DNA of 62,620 nt, filler included. It is 7 parts of 7 records of this genome, joined end to end, with 100 filler letters (N's around TTAATTAATTAA, not from the genome) between each part and the next. Parts side by side here need not be neighbours in the genome. Positions count along the whole stretch, not along the records: positions 13,269 to 18,419 come from SRR31147125_12824; positions 18,520 to 28,516 come from SRR31147125_12838; 5 more parts are not named here. One strand, given 5' to 3'. This document shows, one piece after another, positions 13,338-23,922 of the stretch; the stretch's first letter is position 1; each line of letters begins with the position of its first letter. Position numbers and translations under genes: made by a program. The notes beneath the pieces are model-generated. The model was not told where the DNA came from. It ran no database searches and saw only the letters and a program-made list of their open reading frames with translations.

Positions 13338-14461
13338 TTATCCCCTCAGAACAATCCTAGATTGATGATTTTTTTCTGAAAGCGCAAACGCTACATTACA
13401 TTGTACCGTATCTATTCTAGTTTGTAAACGTTCAATTAATTCCAGTAGCACAATACTTTCAGTTGCAAAGTGTCCAGCCATTATAACGCAAAGTCCCATA
13501 TCGATTGCTGCTAAGCATTCATGGTGTTTCATCTCGCCAGTTACCAACACATCCGCCCCCTTACTTTTTGCCCATTTGATAACGCTTCCCCTGCGCCTGA
13601 ACAAACCGCAACCCTATAAATTTCCTTATTTTTATCACCTAAAACCTTACATCCATCTATCTCAAGAGCTTTTGATACATTAACAGCAAACTCATCTAAA
13701 CTGATAGACATTTCCACAACGCCAATTCGCCCCATACTCTTATTCCCTAGACAATAATCTATCGGTAAAACATCGTATGCTGGTTCTTCGTATGGATGTA
13801 CCAATATTATCTCGGCTAAAACTTTTTTTAAAAAATACTCTGGCACAATAGTCTCAATTTTAACTTCACTAGTTTTTTCAAAACAACCTTTCTCACCTAT
13901 AAACGGTTGTCCATCTTTAGGAACCATAAACGTACCTTGTCCCGTAACACAAAAAGAACAATCACCATAATTGCCAACCTTACCTGCTCCCGCCCTAAAC
14001 ATGGCTGTTCGCACTTCTTTTACATGACTTTGTGGGACAAATACTACAACTTTTTTATATTGTTTTTCATAATATGGTTCAAGTCCTTCAATTTCTTTGA
14101 GTCCAATTAACCCTGATAATACATCATTAACGCCACCTTTTGCAATATCCAAATTAGTATGCGCCGCAAAAAAATTTATTCCATTCCGCGCTAATCTATA
14201 CGCAATAGACTCATCACCATATCCTGCCGTTATCCTTTTTATAGGACTTAACATGATAGGATGATGGGCTATTATCATATCTGCTCCTATACTAATCGCT
14301 TCATCAATAACATCGTTTGAAGCTTCTAATGCGAACAACACCTTGGTCACATCTGAATTTTCATCACCAACCAACAAACCAACGTTATCAAAATCCATTG
14401 CTAATCCAACAGGTGCAATCTCTTCCATAGCTTTACAGATTTCCTTACACTTTATAGCCAT
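13338..14461 (-). CDS. Nif3-like dinuclear metal centre protein (DUF34/YqfO type with PII-like insert), frameshift at 13588-13591
   Basis: DNVGLLVG, AHHP, HTNLD, GAGKVGNYGDCSF, HPYEEPAYD. One extra G gives VAVCSGAGGS...VTGEMKHHE...AGHFATE. Confidence 0.9.
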
Positions 14462-15141
14462 TCAAGCATCTCCTTAAACAAACTAATATCGTTTTTTATC
14501 TCATCTATTATCTTAGGCGATACATTATCGCTAACACTAATATCTTTTTGCGCTTTTGTTCGGGCTCTAAGCTTTCTTTCTACTATTTCTCTTAATAGTG
14601 GGTGACGTTTTTGCCAGAGCAAACTTCCTACTTCTTTATACCTAAGATCATAGTCTCTGTCTTTTCCCATTTTAGAAACAATAATATCAAATATTCTATT
14701 CTTTTCAAAAACTAACTCTTCATCAAATATTGAAAATCCCATTTCAATTAAACTATGTCGTAATTCGCCTTGCTGTTGCATTGGTTGCATAATAATGATA
14801 GTGTTTTCCGACAACTTTTCACTGCCTTGACTTAAAATATGTTTTATTTCTTTTCCGCCCATACCAGCTATAACAACACAGTCCACCTCATCTTTTTGTA
14901 TTGGTATCAGTCCATCACCAACTCGACAATCCAGCCTATTCTCACACCCTATCTTTAACGCAAGTCGCTGGGCCTTTTTTAGTGACTCCTTACTATATTC
15001 GGTTGCAATAGCTTTTTTTACCTTCTCACTCTGTAGCATAGCAACGCATAACCTTCCATGGTCACACCCAATATCAGCTAAACTAGAACCAAATGGTATG
15101 TATTTAGCAATGTATTCTAATCTAGCTCCTAACTCAATCAT
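14452..15141 (-). CDS. trmK: tRNA (adenine(22)-N1)-methyltransferase
   Basis: ADIGCDHGRL, GDGL, IAGMGG, QPM; conserved position between rpoD and nif3. Confidence 0.9.
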   Translation of the reverse strand: MIELGARLEYIAKYIPFGSSLADIGCDHGRLCVAMLQSEKVKKAIATEYSKESLKKAQRLALKIGCENRLDCRVGDGLIPIQKDEVDCVVIAGMGGKEIKHILSQGSEKLSENTIIIMQPMQQQGELRHSLIEMGFSIFDEELVFEKNRIFDIIVSKMGKDRDYDLRYKEVGSLLWQKRHPLLREIVERKLRARTKAQKDISVSDNVSPKIIDEIKNDISLFKEMLEWL

Positions 15142-15169
15142 ACCAAATTGCCTTCCATTTTTTTAACAA

Positions 15170-15206
15170 ACAAAAACAAGGCGAAGCTAAATGCAATTCG
15201 CCTTGT
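15170..15206 (-). terminator. Intrinsic terminator after rpoD
   Basis: Minus strand ACAAGGCGAA-loop-TTCGCCTTGT followed by TTTTGT. Confidence 0.75.
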
Positions 15207-15216
15207 CCCATGCCCT

Positions 15217-16296
15217 CTAGTCGAGAAAATCTTTTAGCTTCTTACTTCTGCTAGGATGTCTTAGTTTCCTAAGCGCCTTTGCTTCAATCTGCCTAATACG
15301 CTCTCTAGTAACATTAAACTCTTTTCCGACCTCTTCAAGAGTTCTAGCACGACCATCGTCTAATCCAAACCGCAGTCTAAGCACTTTTTCTTCTCTTGGC
15401 GTTAACGTATCCAACACGTTCATCAGTTGCTCTTTCAGCATGGTAAACGCTGCTGTCTCGGCCGGTGCAGGTGCATCCTCATCAGGAATAAAATCCCCTA
15501 AATGACTATCCTCTTCTTCGCCAATAGGCGTTTCAAGCGAAACAGGCTCTTGCGCAATTTTAATTATCTCACGCACCTTTTCCTGAGTAATTCCCATCTC
15601 AACCGCAATCTCTTCGGGCTGAGGCTCACGCCCAAATTCTTGAACCAGCTGTCTATTTACGCGAATAAGCTTATTGATCGTTTCAACCATATGCACTGGT
15701 ATTCTAATAGTTCTTGCTTGATCAGCAATAGCACGCGTAATCGCTTGCCTAATCCACCACGTCGCATATGTGCTAAACTTATATCCCTTCTTATAATCAA
15801 ACTTCTCAACGGCTTTAATAAGCCCGAGGTTACCTTCTTGAATTAAATCTAAAAACAGCATCCCTCGACCAACATATCGTTTTGCAATGCTAACAACAAG
15901 TCTAAGGTTGGCCTCAGCTAACTTACGTTTAGCCTGAACCTCTCCTTCATCCATTCGTCTTGCAATCTCAATTTCTTCTTCCGCCGTTAGTAGAGGAACC
16001 TTTCCAATTTCTTTCAAATACATGCGCACCGGATCATCGATGCTCACTCCCTCGGGAACGCTTAAACTCAAGTCCTCGTCAGCTACTTCTTCTGCAAGAG
16101 TCTTTTCGGTTTCAGCATCTTCAACAACATCTATATTGTTGTTTTCAAGCGTTTCATAAATCTTTTCAATCTGATCAGCCTCAAGCCCAGCGCCTTCTAA
16201 TGCATCCATAATCTCTTTATATGTTAAAACGCCTTTTGATTTACCAGTTTCAAGCAACTCCGCAATACGATTTAGCTTTGACTCATTATTGTTCAA
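15217..16296 (-). CDS. rpoD: RNA polymerase primary sigma factor RpoD/SigA
   Basis: [53 protein letters not shown]. Likely TTG start at 16296 after a GAGGAGG RBS. Confidence 0.97.
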   Translation of the reverse strand: MNNNESKLNRIAELLETGKSKGVLTYKEIMDALEGAGLEADQIEKIYETLENNNIDVVEDAETEKTLAEEVADEDLSLSVPEGVSIDDPVRMYLKEIGKVPLLTAEEEIEIARRMDEGEVQAKRKLAEANLRLVVSIAKRYVGRGMLFLDLIQEGNLGLIKAVEKFDYKKGYKFSTYATWWIRQAITRAIADQARTIRIPVHMVETINKLIRVNRQLVQEFGREPQPEEIAVEMGITQEKVREIIKIAQEPVSLETPIGEEEDSHLGDFIPDEDAPAPAETAAFTMLKEQLMNVLDTLTPREEKVLRLRFGLDDGRARTLEEVGKEFNVTRERIRQIEAKALRKLRHPSRSKKLKDFLD

Positions 16297-16326
16297 TCGA
16301 TTCCCTCCTCTCAATATTAATAAATA

Positions 16327-18099
16327 TTATAGGCTTTGAAACTCTTTATTCAAGGCATCTATCGTTTTGAGCACTTCAAGCTTTTTCCCTTCATCTGCGC
16401 CCTCATCCGATAATACCCTCTTAAGTTCCACGACCTTGTTTTCTATGCTCGACTTTCTTATTCGCACGCAACATTCTTTAGCAGACTCAGTCAAATCATC
16501 AATACTATATTGATCATCAGATCCAATCGACAACTCCGCCAAATATGCTGCTGTTTCTTCGTTTTGGACCGTATCAGCTATGCTATGGTTACTATTAGTA
16601 TTGTTTTCGCTTCCATACCATATTATCTTTACAATCTCAACTACCCGTTCATCTGAAAAATCGTCTACCGCCAACACCTGCTTAGCTAAGCTCACGCATT
16701 CTTCAGATTTCAGCATGCAGCTCAATAATTCATGCTGTGCTAGTTCGTTGGTTCTATTATTCCTAAAATTCCCAACTCTATTCTGATTAATTGCACTGTC
16801 ATTGTTGAATTCGCCACCTTTTTCGATTTGACCTCTTATCGTCTGACGCTCAAATCCACTTTCAAGCTCTAAACGTTTAACATAAACATCACGCTCAATA
16901 GGCGACTCAAGTTGCGCTATCACCTTGCACGCATCGACTACATAATCCACCAATTGCTTTTGTACCTTTAAATCATACCCAACTTTTATTCGATCCATCT
17001 TAAACTCAGTTGGCTCAATAGCTCCTGAAACAAACTCTAAAAACGCGTCCTTACCATTTTCTTTAACAAAATCATCTGGATCCAACCCTTTTGGCAAAAC
17101 AACTACTCTGGCAGGTACTCCCTCAGTCATAAGAACCTCAAGCGCTTTAACCGTTGCATTCTGCCCCGCTGTGTCTGCATCATAAGCTATTACTACGCTC
17201 TTAGCAAAACGTTTCAACAACCTTGCCTGACCTCTAGTAAACGCTGTGCCGAGCGACGCTACCGCATTTTCAACACCCTTTGCGCTAAGTGCAATAACGT
17301 CCATGTATCCCTCAACTAAAAGTGCATACTCAACCGACTTAGCTTGTTTTAACTTAGATATGCCATATAAGTTCTGGCGCTTATTAAATGCATCAGTTTC
17401 GGGTGAGTTTAAATACTTTGGCTGACCTTCTCTCATTAATCGCCCACCAAATGCAACTACCTTACCCTTTTCATTAATAATAGGAAACATTATCCTATCA
17501 CGAAAATATTCATAAGTTCGCTCGTCCGATTTAGAGATCAACGCAGCATCAAAAAGCTCGCTTTCATCAAACCCCTTATCCATCAACGCCTTAGAAATTG
17601 AACCACTAACCGACGGAGAATATCCCAATCCAAATTCTTTAATAACTGAATCCGCAACACCGCGATTCTTTAAATATTCTCTAGCCCCACCGCCTGCCTG
17701 ACTCATCAATATCGCATGATACATCTTAGCAGATTGTCTATTAATTTCTAAAATACGTTCTTTTTTCTTGCGTTTTTGCTCATACTCAACATCACTTTCA
17801 GTCTTCGTAATATGAATCCCAGCACGCTCTGCCAAAAACTCTACACTTTGAGCAAAACCCATGTTTTCAATATTCATAATGAAATTGAAAACGCTGCCAC
17901 CTGATTGACAACCAAAACAGTAATATAACTGCTTGTCCGGGCTGACACTAAAAGAAGGCGTCTTTTCACTGTGGAAAGGACACAGCCCCCAGTATTTCGT
18001 ACCCTTGCGTTTTAAGGTAACATATCCTGAGATAACGTCTACAATGTCATTTCTGCTTCTAACCTCAGCTAAGACGTCTTCTCCATATAATCCTGCCAT
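16327..18099 (-). CDS. dnaG: DNA primase
   Basis: Zn finger CPFHSEKTPSF...CFGC, FRDRIMFPI, KYLNSPET, TOPRIM EGYMDV and YDADTAG. Confidence 0.97.
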   Translation of the reverse strand: MAGLYGEDVLAEVRSRNDIVDVISGYVTLKRKGTKYWGLCPFHSEKTPSFSVSPDKQLYYCFGCQSGGSVFNFIMNIENMGFAQSVEFLAERAGIHITKTESDVEYEQKRKKKERILEINRQSAKMYHAILMSQAGGGAREYLKNRGVADSVIKEFGLGYSPSVSGSISKALMDKGFDESELFDAALISKSDERTYEYFRDRIMFPIINEKGKVVAFGGRLMREGQPKYLNSPETDAFNKRQNLYGISKLKQAKSVEYALLVEGYMDVIALSAKGVENAVASLGTAFTRGQARLLKRFAKSVVIAYDADTAGQNATVKALEVLMTEGVPARVVVLPKGLDPDDFVKENGKDAFLEFVSGAIEPTEFKMDRIKVGYDLKVQKQLVDYVVDACKVIAQLESPIERDVYVKRLELESGFERQTIRGQIEKGGEFNNDSAINQNRVGNFRNNRTNELAQHELLSCMLKSEECVSLAKQVLAVDDFSDERVVEIVKIIWYGSENNTNSNHSIADTVQNEETAAYLAELSIGSDDQYSIDDLTESAKECCVRIRKSSIENKVVELKRVLSDEGADEGKKLEVLKTIDALNKEFQSL

Positions 18100-18159
18100 T
18101 TAAGGATAATCACTTCCAAATTGTTATTTACATTTTTTCAAAATATCAGCATATTACAT

Positions 18160-18198
18160 CTTCACCGCATCTACCCTATTCTCCTGCTTTTTGTCGAA
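18160..18198 (-). promoter_or_regulatory. Putative sigma-H promoter with adjacent Spo0A box
   Basis: Minus strand GCAGGA-N18-GAAG. TGTCGAA at 18192-18198 (+) matches TGNCGAA. Confidence 0.45.
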
Positions 18199-18225
18199 TT
18201 TTATTTGTTCTTTTACTATTTTGTA

Positions 18226-18419
18226 TTATAATAATGATTTAGGTACAAATATTTCCTTAAACATTTGAATAGCATACTGATCACTCATCCCTGCGATATA
18301 ATCACACACAGCTCTTTGAATATTTTCTGTTTGAGCAATTTTTAGGTATTCTTTCGGCATACTATTTTGGTTTTGATGATAATATTTAAAAAGATTAGTT
18401 AATACATGCTCTGCTTTTT
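18226..18419 (-). CDS. dgt: dGTP triphosphohydrolase, C-terminal fragment (not in ORF track)
   Basis: Translates KAEHVLTNLFKYY...QRAVCDYIAGMSDQYAIQMFKEIFVPKSLL*; usual position upstream of dnaG. Confidence 0.88.
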
Positions 18420-18519
18420 NNNNNNNNNNNNNNNNNNNNNNNNNNNNNNNNNNNNNNNNNNNNTTAATTAATTAANNNNNNNNNNNNNNNNNNNNNNNNN
18501 NNNNNNNNNNNNNNNNNNN
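18420..18519. other. Artificial contig spacer
   Basis: N-TTAATTAATTAA-N. Confidence 0.99.
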
Positions 18520-19769
18520 GGGAAAGCTCCCGCACTTTCGGGGCCAACAAAAAGTTTATAGCCATCAAATCCGCAAATGGACCCACCACCCGCGGCAACG
18601 GTCTCAATGGCAATGGCCGGGCTGTTAATTTTGGCATCGCCAACCTGTAGTTCGTAGCGGTAGTCAAACTCCCGGTCGATACGCGAAACATCTGTACTAG
18701 TGCCGCCCATATCGAAAGTAATTAGTTTTGGGAATCCGTTTTGAGCACCAATTTTTTTAGCTCCCACAACACCTCCTGCCGGACCACTGAGCAGGCTGTC
18801 TTTGGGATGAAAATTTGTTGCCGAAACCAGACTCCCTGCACTGGTCATAATCTGAAACGATTGTTTGCCAATACCCTGTATAATGCCGTTTACATAATTA
18901 TGAATAATGGGGGAGAGGTAGGAGTTGACCACCGTAGTCTCGGCCCTGTTCAATATTTTAATAAGGGGCGAAAGTTGGGTAGAAGTGGAAACAAAATCAA
19001 AACCTTCGCTCGTAAAAAAGTCGGCAATTTGTTTTTCGTGCTCCGGATTAAGGTACGAATTCATTAAGCTGATGGCAACCGATTCCAGTTCCGACTTTTC
19101 GATGACAGCGAGGTCTGCCTTTAATTTTGCAAAGTCAACCGATTTCAGCACTTGTCCGTTGGCATCAATTCGTTCGTCTATTTCAATGATTTTGTGGGTA
19201 ATTTGTTTGGCTTTAATCACGTTTAGCGCAAAGATATCCGGGCGTGCCTGGTTGCCAATTTTTAACAGATCGGCAAAACCTTTGGTAACCACAAAAAGTG
19301 TTTTGGCACCCTTGTTTTCGAGCAAAGCGTTGGTGCCTTTTGTTGAGCCCAGTTTGAGTTGTAAATCGGGAAATGTTTCGGCGAGTGCTGTTTGAGTAAT
19401 TAAGCGTGCTCCCAAAACAGGAGCCTCTTCGTGGCTGGTTATTTCAAAATTTTGTCCTTCCAATTCCGACGTTAGCAGAGATTGGTTTAATCGAATAACT
19501 TTCTTACCTGTATCGAAATGCTCTATTTTTACATCGCTGTAATCGGTGCCCAGTAAACGAAACGAAAATCCTTTTAAAACATCGTGCGTCAGGTTCCAGT
19601 TATCGGCACATTCGAATTCGTTTTCAGAAAGAATCTTTTTAATGGTACTTCGCAAACTGCTGCTGCTTAGAACTTTTTGCCGGTATTGTTTTCCCGTTTC
19701 ATCTGTTCCTATACAGTCGGTGAAAGTACCGCCTGTATCAATATAAAGTTGAAAATATTTTTTTGACAT
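18520..19769 (-). CDS. oplA: 5-oxoprolinase N-terminal part (continues in contig 1)
   Basis: IDTGGTFTDC, GSTKGTNALLE, SLLSGPAGGVVG, FDMGGTSTDVS, TVAAGGGS; ends GPESAGAF at the contig edge. Confidence 0.9.
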
Positions 19770-19770
19770 T

Positions 19771-21078
19771 TTAATTCTTCTTTTTTCCTTTTATCCAAAC
19801 CCAGGCCGAAACGATTGCACTTACAACTGCAATAATAATTAACACATTATTCCCAACAGTTGCTGCAGGAATAAAGGTGGTAAAAAATGCTTTTGTGGCA
19901 CTGTTAAGCCCCAGTACGAGCGTGATGAAAATAATGATGAGCATTAAAATATTCAGCCCTTTGGGATTAACTTTTTGTTGGGTTATGCTTTTGTTATTGA
20001 TTACGATGAATAGAAAAATACTAACGAACGGAAGTAAAAAGCCGTTTAAAGCTTGGGCAAGAATAATAGCCGGAATAGGTTTTATATTTCCAACCGCAAA
20101 GCTCATTCCTATAAGCAAAACCAATAACCATCCTGTTTTATATCGAATGGATTTGGGTTTCCACTTTTCAGGATTTTTATTACCAAACAAACTTTTTAAT
20201 GTTATTGCAGCAGCCAAAGGAGCTGTAACCGATGAGGTGAATCCGGCAGCAAATAATCCAAAGCCCAGCAAGTATTTTCCTGAGGGACCAATTTTTTGCT
20301 GAAGTGCCAAAGAAAGTTGTTCGAAAGAAAATTCGGTGATGACCGATGTGCCAACAATAAGGACTGCCATCGAGAATAACCCGCCAAGTAAAATGGCAAT
20401 GGCCAGCCCGAAACGCATTTCGCTAATGGTTTGGTTTTTATTTGATATGCCCGAACCCAGAAATAAATTGTAGGGAACAATGGTGGTTCCAATTAAGCCT
20501 AAAGCCAGAAGGCCTTCTTGTGCCGACGTGGGAATGGAAGGCATGAAAGCTCCTTTTAAAATTTCAACGAAAACCGGTTTTACTAAAATGGCCACGATTA
20601 GAAATCCAATTCCCATTAAAACCACCACAAAACCCATAATAGTTGAGATAATTTTTAGGGAAGGAATGTTTAGAATAATGGCAGCCACTACCCCGATAAT
20701 CAGCACCAGGATTTGTGGAGATATATCAAATAATAATCGGAATCCGGCAACTGCTCCAAGCAGGTTTCCCATTTCGTAGGCTGCTGCCCCAAGAACTATG
20801 GCGCCCAAAACAAGAATTAATACCACCGGTTTTGCTTTGCTTTTTTCGAATTGATGAACAATGGCTTGCCCCAGGTTTTTCCCCGAAACAATGGTTAAAC
20901 GGGCTGCTGCCTCTTGCAAAAGTAAGCAGGCGAGTGTGGAGAACAGTAAAGCCCACAATAATCCGGTTCCGAAAGATGCGCCCGATTTGGCTGCTGTTGT
21001 TATGGTGCCCGGGCCAATAAAAGCTGCCGAAACTACCGACCAGAATAAAATATTAAGGATGCGTTTTTTTGTTGACAT
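19771..21078 (-). CDS. NRAMP-superfamily transporter, YcsG-like subtype
   Basis: About 11 TM segments. AAFIGPGTITTA replaces the DPGN metal motif; LIGTTIVPYNLFL. Stop lies 1 nt from the oxoprolinase start. Confidence 0.8.
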   Translation of the reverse strand: MSTKKRILNILFWSVVSAAFIGPGTITTAAKSGASFGTGLLWALLFSTLACLLLQEAAARLTIVSGKNLGQAIVHQFEKSKAKPVVLILVLGAIVLGAAAYEMGNLLGAVAGFRLLFDISPQILVLIIGVVAAIILNIPSLKIISTIMGFVVVLMGIGFLIVAILVKPVFVEILKGAFMPSIPTSAQEGLLALGLIGTTIVPYNLFLGSGISNKNQTISEMRFGLAIAILLGGLFSMAVLIVGTSVITEFSFEQLSLALQQKIGPSGKYLLGFGLFAAGFTSSVTAPLAAAITLKSLFGNKNPEKWKPKSIRYKTGWLLVLLIGMSFAVGNIKPIPAIILAQALNGFLLPFVSIFLFIVINNKSITQQKVNPKGLNILMLIIIFITLVLGLNSATKAFFTTFIPAATVGNNVLIIIAVVSAIVSAWVWIKGKKKN

Positions 21079-21166
21079 AAGCGATTTTACAGAGTTACTC
21101 AAATATACGCATCAAATTGTTTTTGTGAATTTTTAGGAGTAAAAAAGGGAGCTTATTTTTTTATGG

Positions 21167-21208
21167 TTACAATTTTTTTATCTCCTTCAGCAAAAATTCC
21201 AGTGCCGG
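21167..21208 (-). pseudogene. Remnant 3' end of an esterase gene (PALEFLLKEIKKL*)
   Basis: 21170-21208 matches 23929-23967 at 29/39 nt; the intact gene ends PALEILLQEIKVLE*. Confidence 0.65.
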
Positions 21209-21237
21209 TGCGAAATGGTGATTTCTGTATGCAAATT

Positions 21238-22649
21238 TCAATTCCCGTAACATATACTTGTTATCCAATCCTTCATAATTGCTAAAACTTCCGGCTCAAT
21301 GGTTTCTTCAATTTGCGAATATTCGGCCACTGCACCTGTTTCGCAATTCTGAAACAAGTGGTTAAGGTTTTTGAAAGCAATTGTTTTAACGTTTATGTTA
21401 CCACCATCTTTAATTGCTTTTTCAATTTCAGCAAGATTTGAAACCGGAACCTGAAGATCTTTCTCGCCATTAAGCGCTAATACCGGACATTTAACTTTTT
21501 CAAGTGTAGGTTGAGGATTGTAGGTTAAAAAGAAGCGGAACCATTTTGAATTAATTCCAGCAATTTTTGCATCCACCGCCTTTTGCATTTCTTCGTTCAT
21601 CCCGGGGTAAAATCCTTGCGATAGTTTTATTCGGAGCTCTTCAACAGCTTTGGCAGAGTCTGGTTGATTTTTTAACGTTTCGAAAATATATTTTTGAACC
21701 AGGCGATTTTGTTTTATGGCATATTCGGGCATTTCGGCAGCTTTTAAAGCCAGGTCGTTTTGCTCGTAAAGAATTTGTTCGCCTACCATTCCGGGGCCGG
21801 CCATCATAATAAAAAAGGCAACATCGGTAGATTTATTTGCTGCAATTGGAGCGATTAAACCGCCTTCGCTATGGCCGATTAAACCGATGTTTTTACTGTC
21901 AATTTTTTTTCTGCCTCGTAAAAATTCTACTCCGGTCAATACATCATCTGCAAAATTTTCGCTGGTTGCTTGTGTAATATTTCCTTCCGAGCCTCCAACT
22001 CCACGATCGTCGACACGAAGGACTGCAATTCCGTTTCGGGCAAAATAATCGGCTACCACCCAAAACATTTTGTGCCCGAAAATGGTTTCGTCGCGGTCTT
22101 GTGCCCCCGAACCACTTATCATAACAACTGTCGGACAATCTTTTGAATTTTCAGGAATAGTTAAAGTTCCTGCTAATTTATAACCCGACTTTTGATTTGT
22201 ATACTCTACTTCTTCAACTAAATAAGGGAACGGTGGTTTTGGAGTTTGCGGACGTTTTAATTCAGGTTTTTTATTCGTTTTGTGTAAAGTTAGCGGAATG
22301 CTTATTCTGTTTTTTGTCCAGTCGCCTTTTATTGTTGAGTCGTTCTTGAATTCTCCGTAAAATGTTCTTCCTGTTTCAACCGTTAGAAAAATCAAACTGT
22401 CTGATGTTATTTTTAGAATTTTACATTCAAGATCTTTTGCATCTTGTTCCGGAATATCCAGTGTAATAGTTTTATTACCCGTTTCGTTTTCTGAAATGTG
22501 AAAAACTGTGGTAAATTTAGCTGTTGGAAGATCAACTTTTCCTACCCAAAAACCTTTTAAATCTTTAGGCTGAGCATTCGAAAAAGAGGCGAGAATGAGC
22601 AAAGAAAATATCAGGAGATTTTTTTGAAAGACAGAATGTTGTTTTTCAT
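21238..22649 (-). CDS. Secreted alpha/beta hydrolase (S9/Hydrolase_4-like); frameshift in signal-peptide A7 run at 22619-22625
   Basis: GSGAQDRDE, DDRGVG, GHSEGG, GEKDLQV, LNHLFQ. One more A gives MKNNILSFKKNLLIFSLLILASFSNA|QP from ATG 22649. Confidence 0.85.
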
Positions 22650-22852
22650 AATAGTACCAATAAATATTTAGTTAAGATACGAAAGAAAATGCACAAGGTA
22701 GTTTTGCTGTAAGATGGTTTAATATAAGAAAAGGGATTTTGGATAAAGAAGATGAAATTAAAGGCGGAAAAAAGTAAAGTTACATGCGCCGGACAATATG
22801 GAATGGCTTGCGCTGTTGATTAAAAAGAATTGAGTGAATTAATTATTTTGAT

Positions 22853-22860
22853 TATGTTTG
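22853..22860 (+). promoter_or_regulatory. Bacteroidota -7 promoter element
   Basis: TATGTTTG matches TAnnTTTG, 16 nt before the ATG. Confidence 0.5.
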
Positions 22861-22876
22861 GTACAAAGAAAATGTC

Positions 22877-23812
22877 ATGATAAAAACGATTACCCTTTTA
22901 GTAAGCATTATAGTAATTCAATGCAGTTTTGTAAGAGCACAGCCAACCGTAAAAATTAAAAACGATGTTCTTTCTGTTGAAGTTAGTACGTTGGGGGCCG
23001 AATTGCAGAGTATTAAAAAAATTAGTACAAAAACAGAATACTTGTGGCAGGGCGACGAAGAACATTGGGTAGGAAAAGCTCCGGTTATGTTTCCGGTATG
23101 TGTAAAATTTAAAGACCAGCAATTTTCTTATCAGGAGAAAGAGTACGAAATGCCCGATATGGGATTAGCCAAAATAGCAGACTTTAGGGTACTTGAAACC
23201 TCGCGCGAAAAAGTGACAATGGTTTACACTTCCGATAAAAGTTCGTTGGAAAAATATCCTTTCCGCTTTCAATTAAAAATAATTTACGAGTTGGTAGATA
23301 ACAAGGTAATAAACCGCTTCGAACTTAAAAATATGAGTAATAGACCGATGTATTTTGCCTTGGGAGGCCACCCCGGATTCCGTTTTCCTGTTGAAGAAAA
23401 AGGAGAACGAAAAAACAACGCCTATACTTTTAGTAAGAAGTTTAATCTTGCCCGAACCGAAATTGCCGGAGGACTTGTGCAAGACAATCAAATTGCCTGG
23501 CTAAAAAATGAAGATACTCTTCCGCTTTCTGATGAGCGAATTCCAAATGCCGGAATGTTTGTAAAGGATATGCCGTCGCGAATTATTGGAGTTGGTGTGC
23601 TTGGCGAGCCTGCTTTTATTGAAGTCGATTTGGGCGATTTCCCGAATGTGAATTTGTGGTCGCCACCCGGAATGCCATTTGCTTGCATTGAGCCAATGTT
23701 GGGGCACCACGACTTACAAAATTCGCCACTTGCCATTGAGGAAAAACCGTACCTGATTGAATTGCCCGGCGGAGAAGAAAGAAGCTATGAATTCTCGATT
23801 ATTGTGAAATAA
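22877..23812 (+). CDS. Aldose 1-epimerase family protein (LacX-like) with signal peptide
   Basis: GAELQS, EYLWQGD..W...AP..FP, YPFRF.L, GGHPGF, CIEP. Confidence 0.85.
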   Translation: MIKTITLLVSIIVIQCSFVRAQPTVKIKNDVLSVEVSTLGAELQSIKKISTKTEYLWQGDEEHWVGKAPVMFPVCVKFKDQQFSYQEKEYEMPDMGLAKIADFRVLETSREKVTMVYTSDKSSLEKYPFRFQLKIIYELVDNKVINRFELKNMSNRPMYFALGGHPGFRFPVEEKGERKNNAYTFSKKFNLARTEIAGGLVQDNQIAWLKNEDTLPLSDERIPNAGMFVKDMPSRIIGVGVLGEPAFIEVDLGDFPNVNLWSPPGMPFACIEPMLGHHDLQNSPLAIEEKPYLIELPGGEERSYEFSIIVK

Positions 23813-23855
23813 TAATTGGAAAACGAATTGGTGGAGTTACTTTCAATTTGCTGAT

Positions 23856-23908
23856 TGTCAGACTTCTCCTGCGCTCGGCCTGACAGTCACTCTGAGCGAA
23901 GTCGAAGT
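23856..23908. repeat. REP-like palindromic element between convergent genes
   Basis: CTTCTCCTGCGCTCGGCCTGAC-A-GTCACTCTGAGCGAAGTCGAAG: two imperfect inverted halves, plus a TGTCAG/CTGACA pair. Confidence 0.6.
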
Positions 23909-23922
23909 GTGGTGAGACGTAA

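Noticed and set aside
15142..15216. tRNA genes often found after rpoD in Clostridia
   Set aside because: Only 75 bp, containing a terminator; no cloverleaf.
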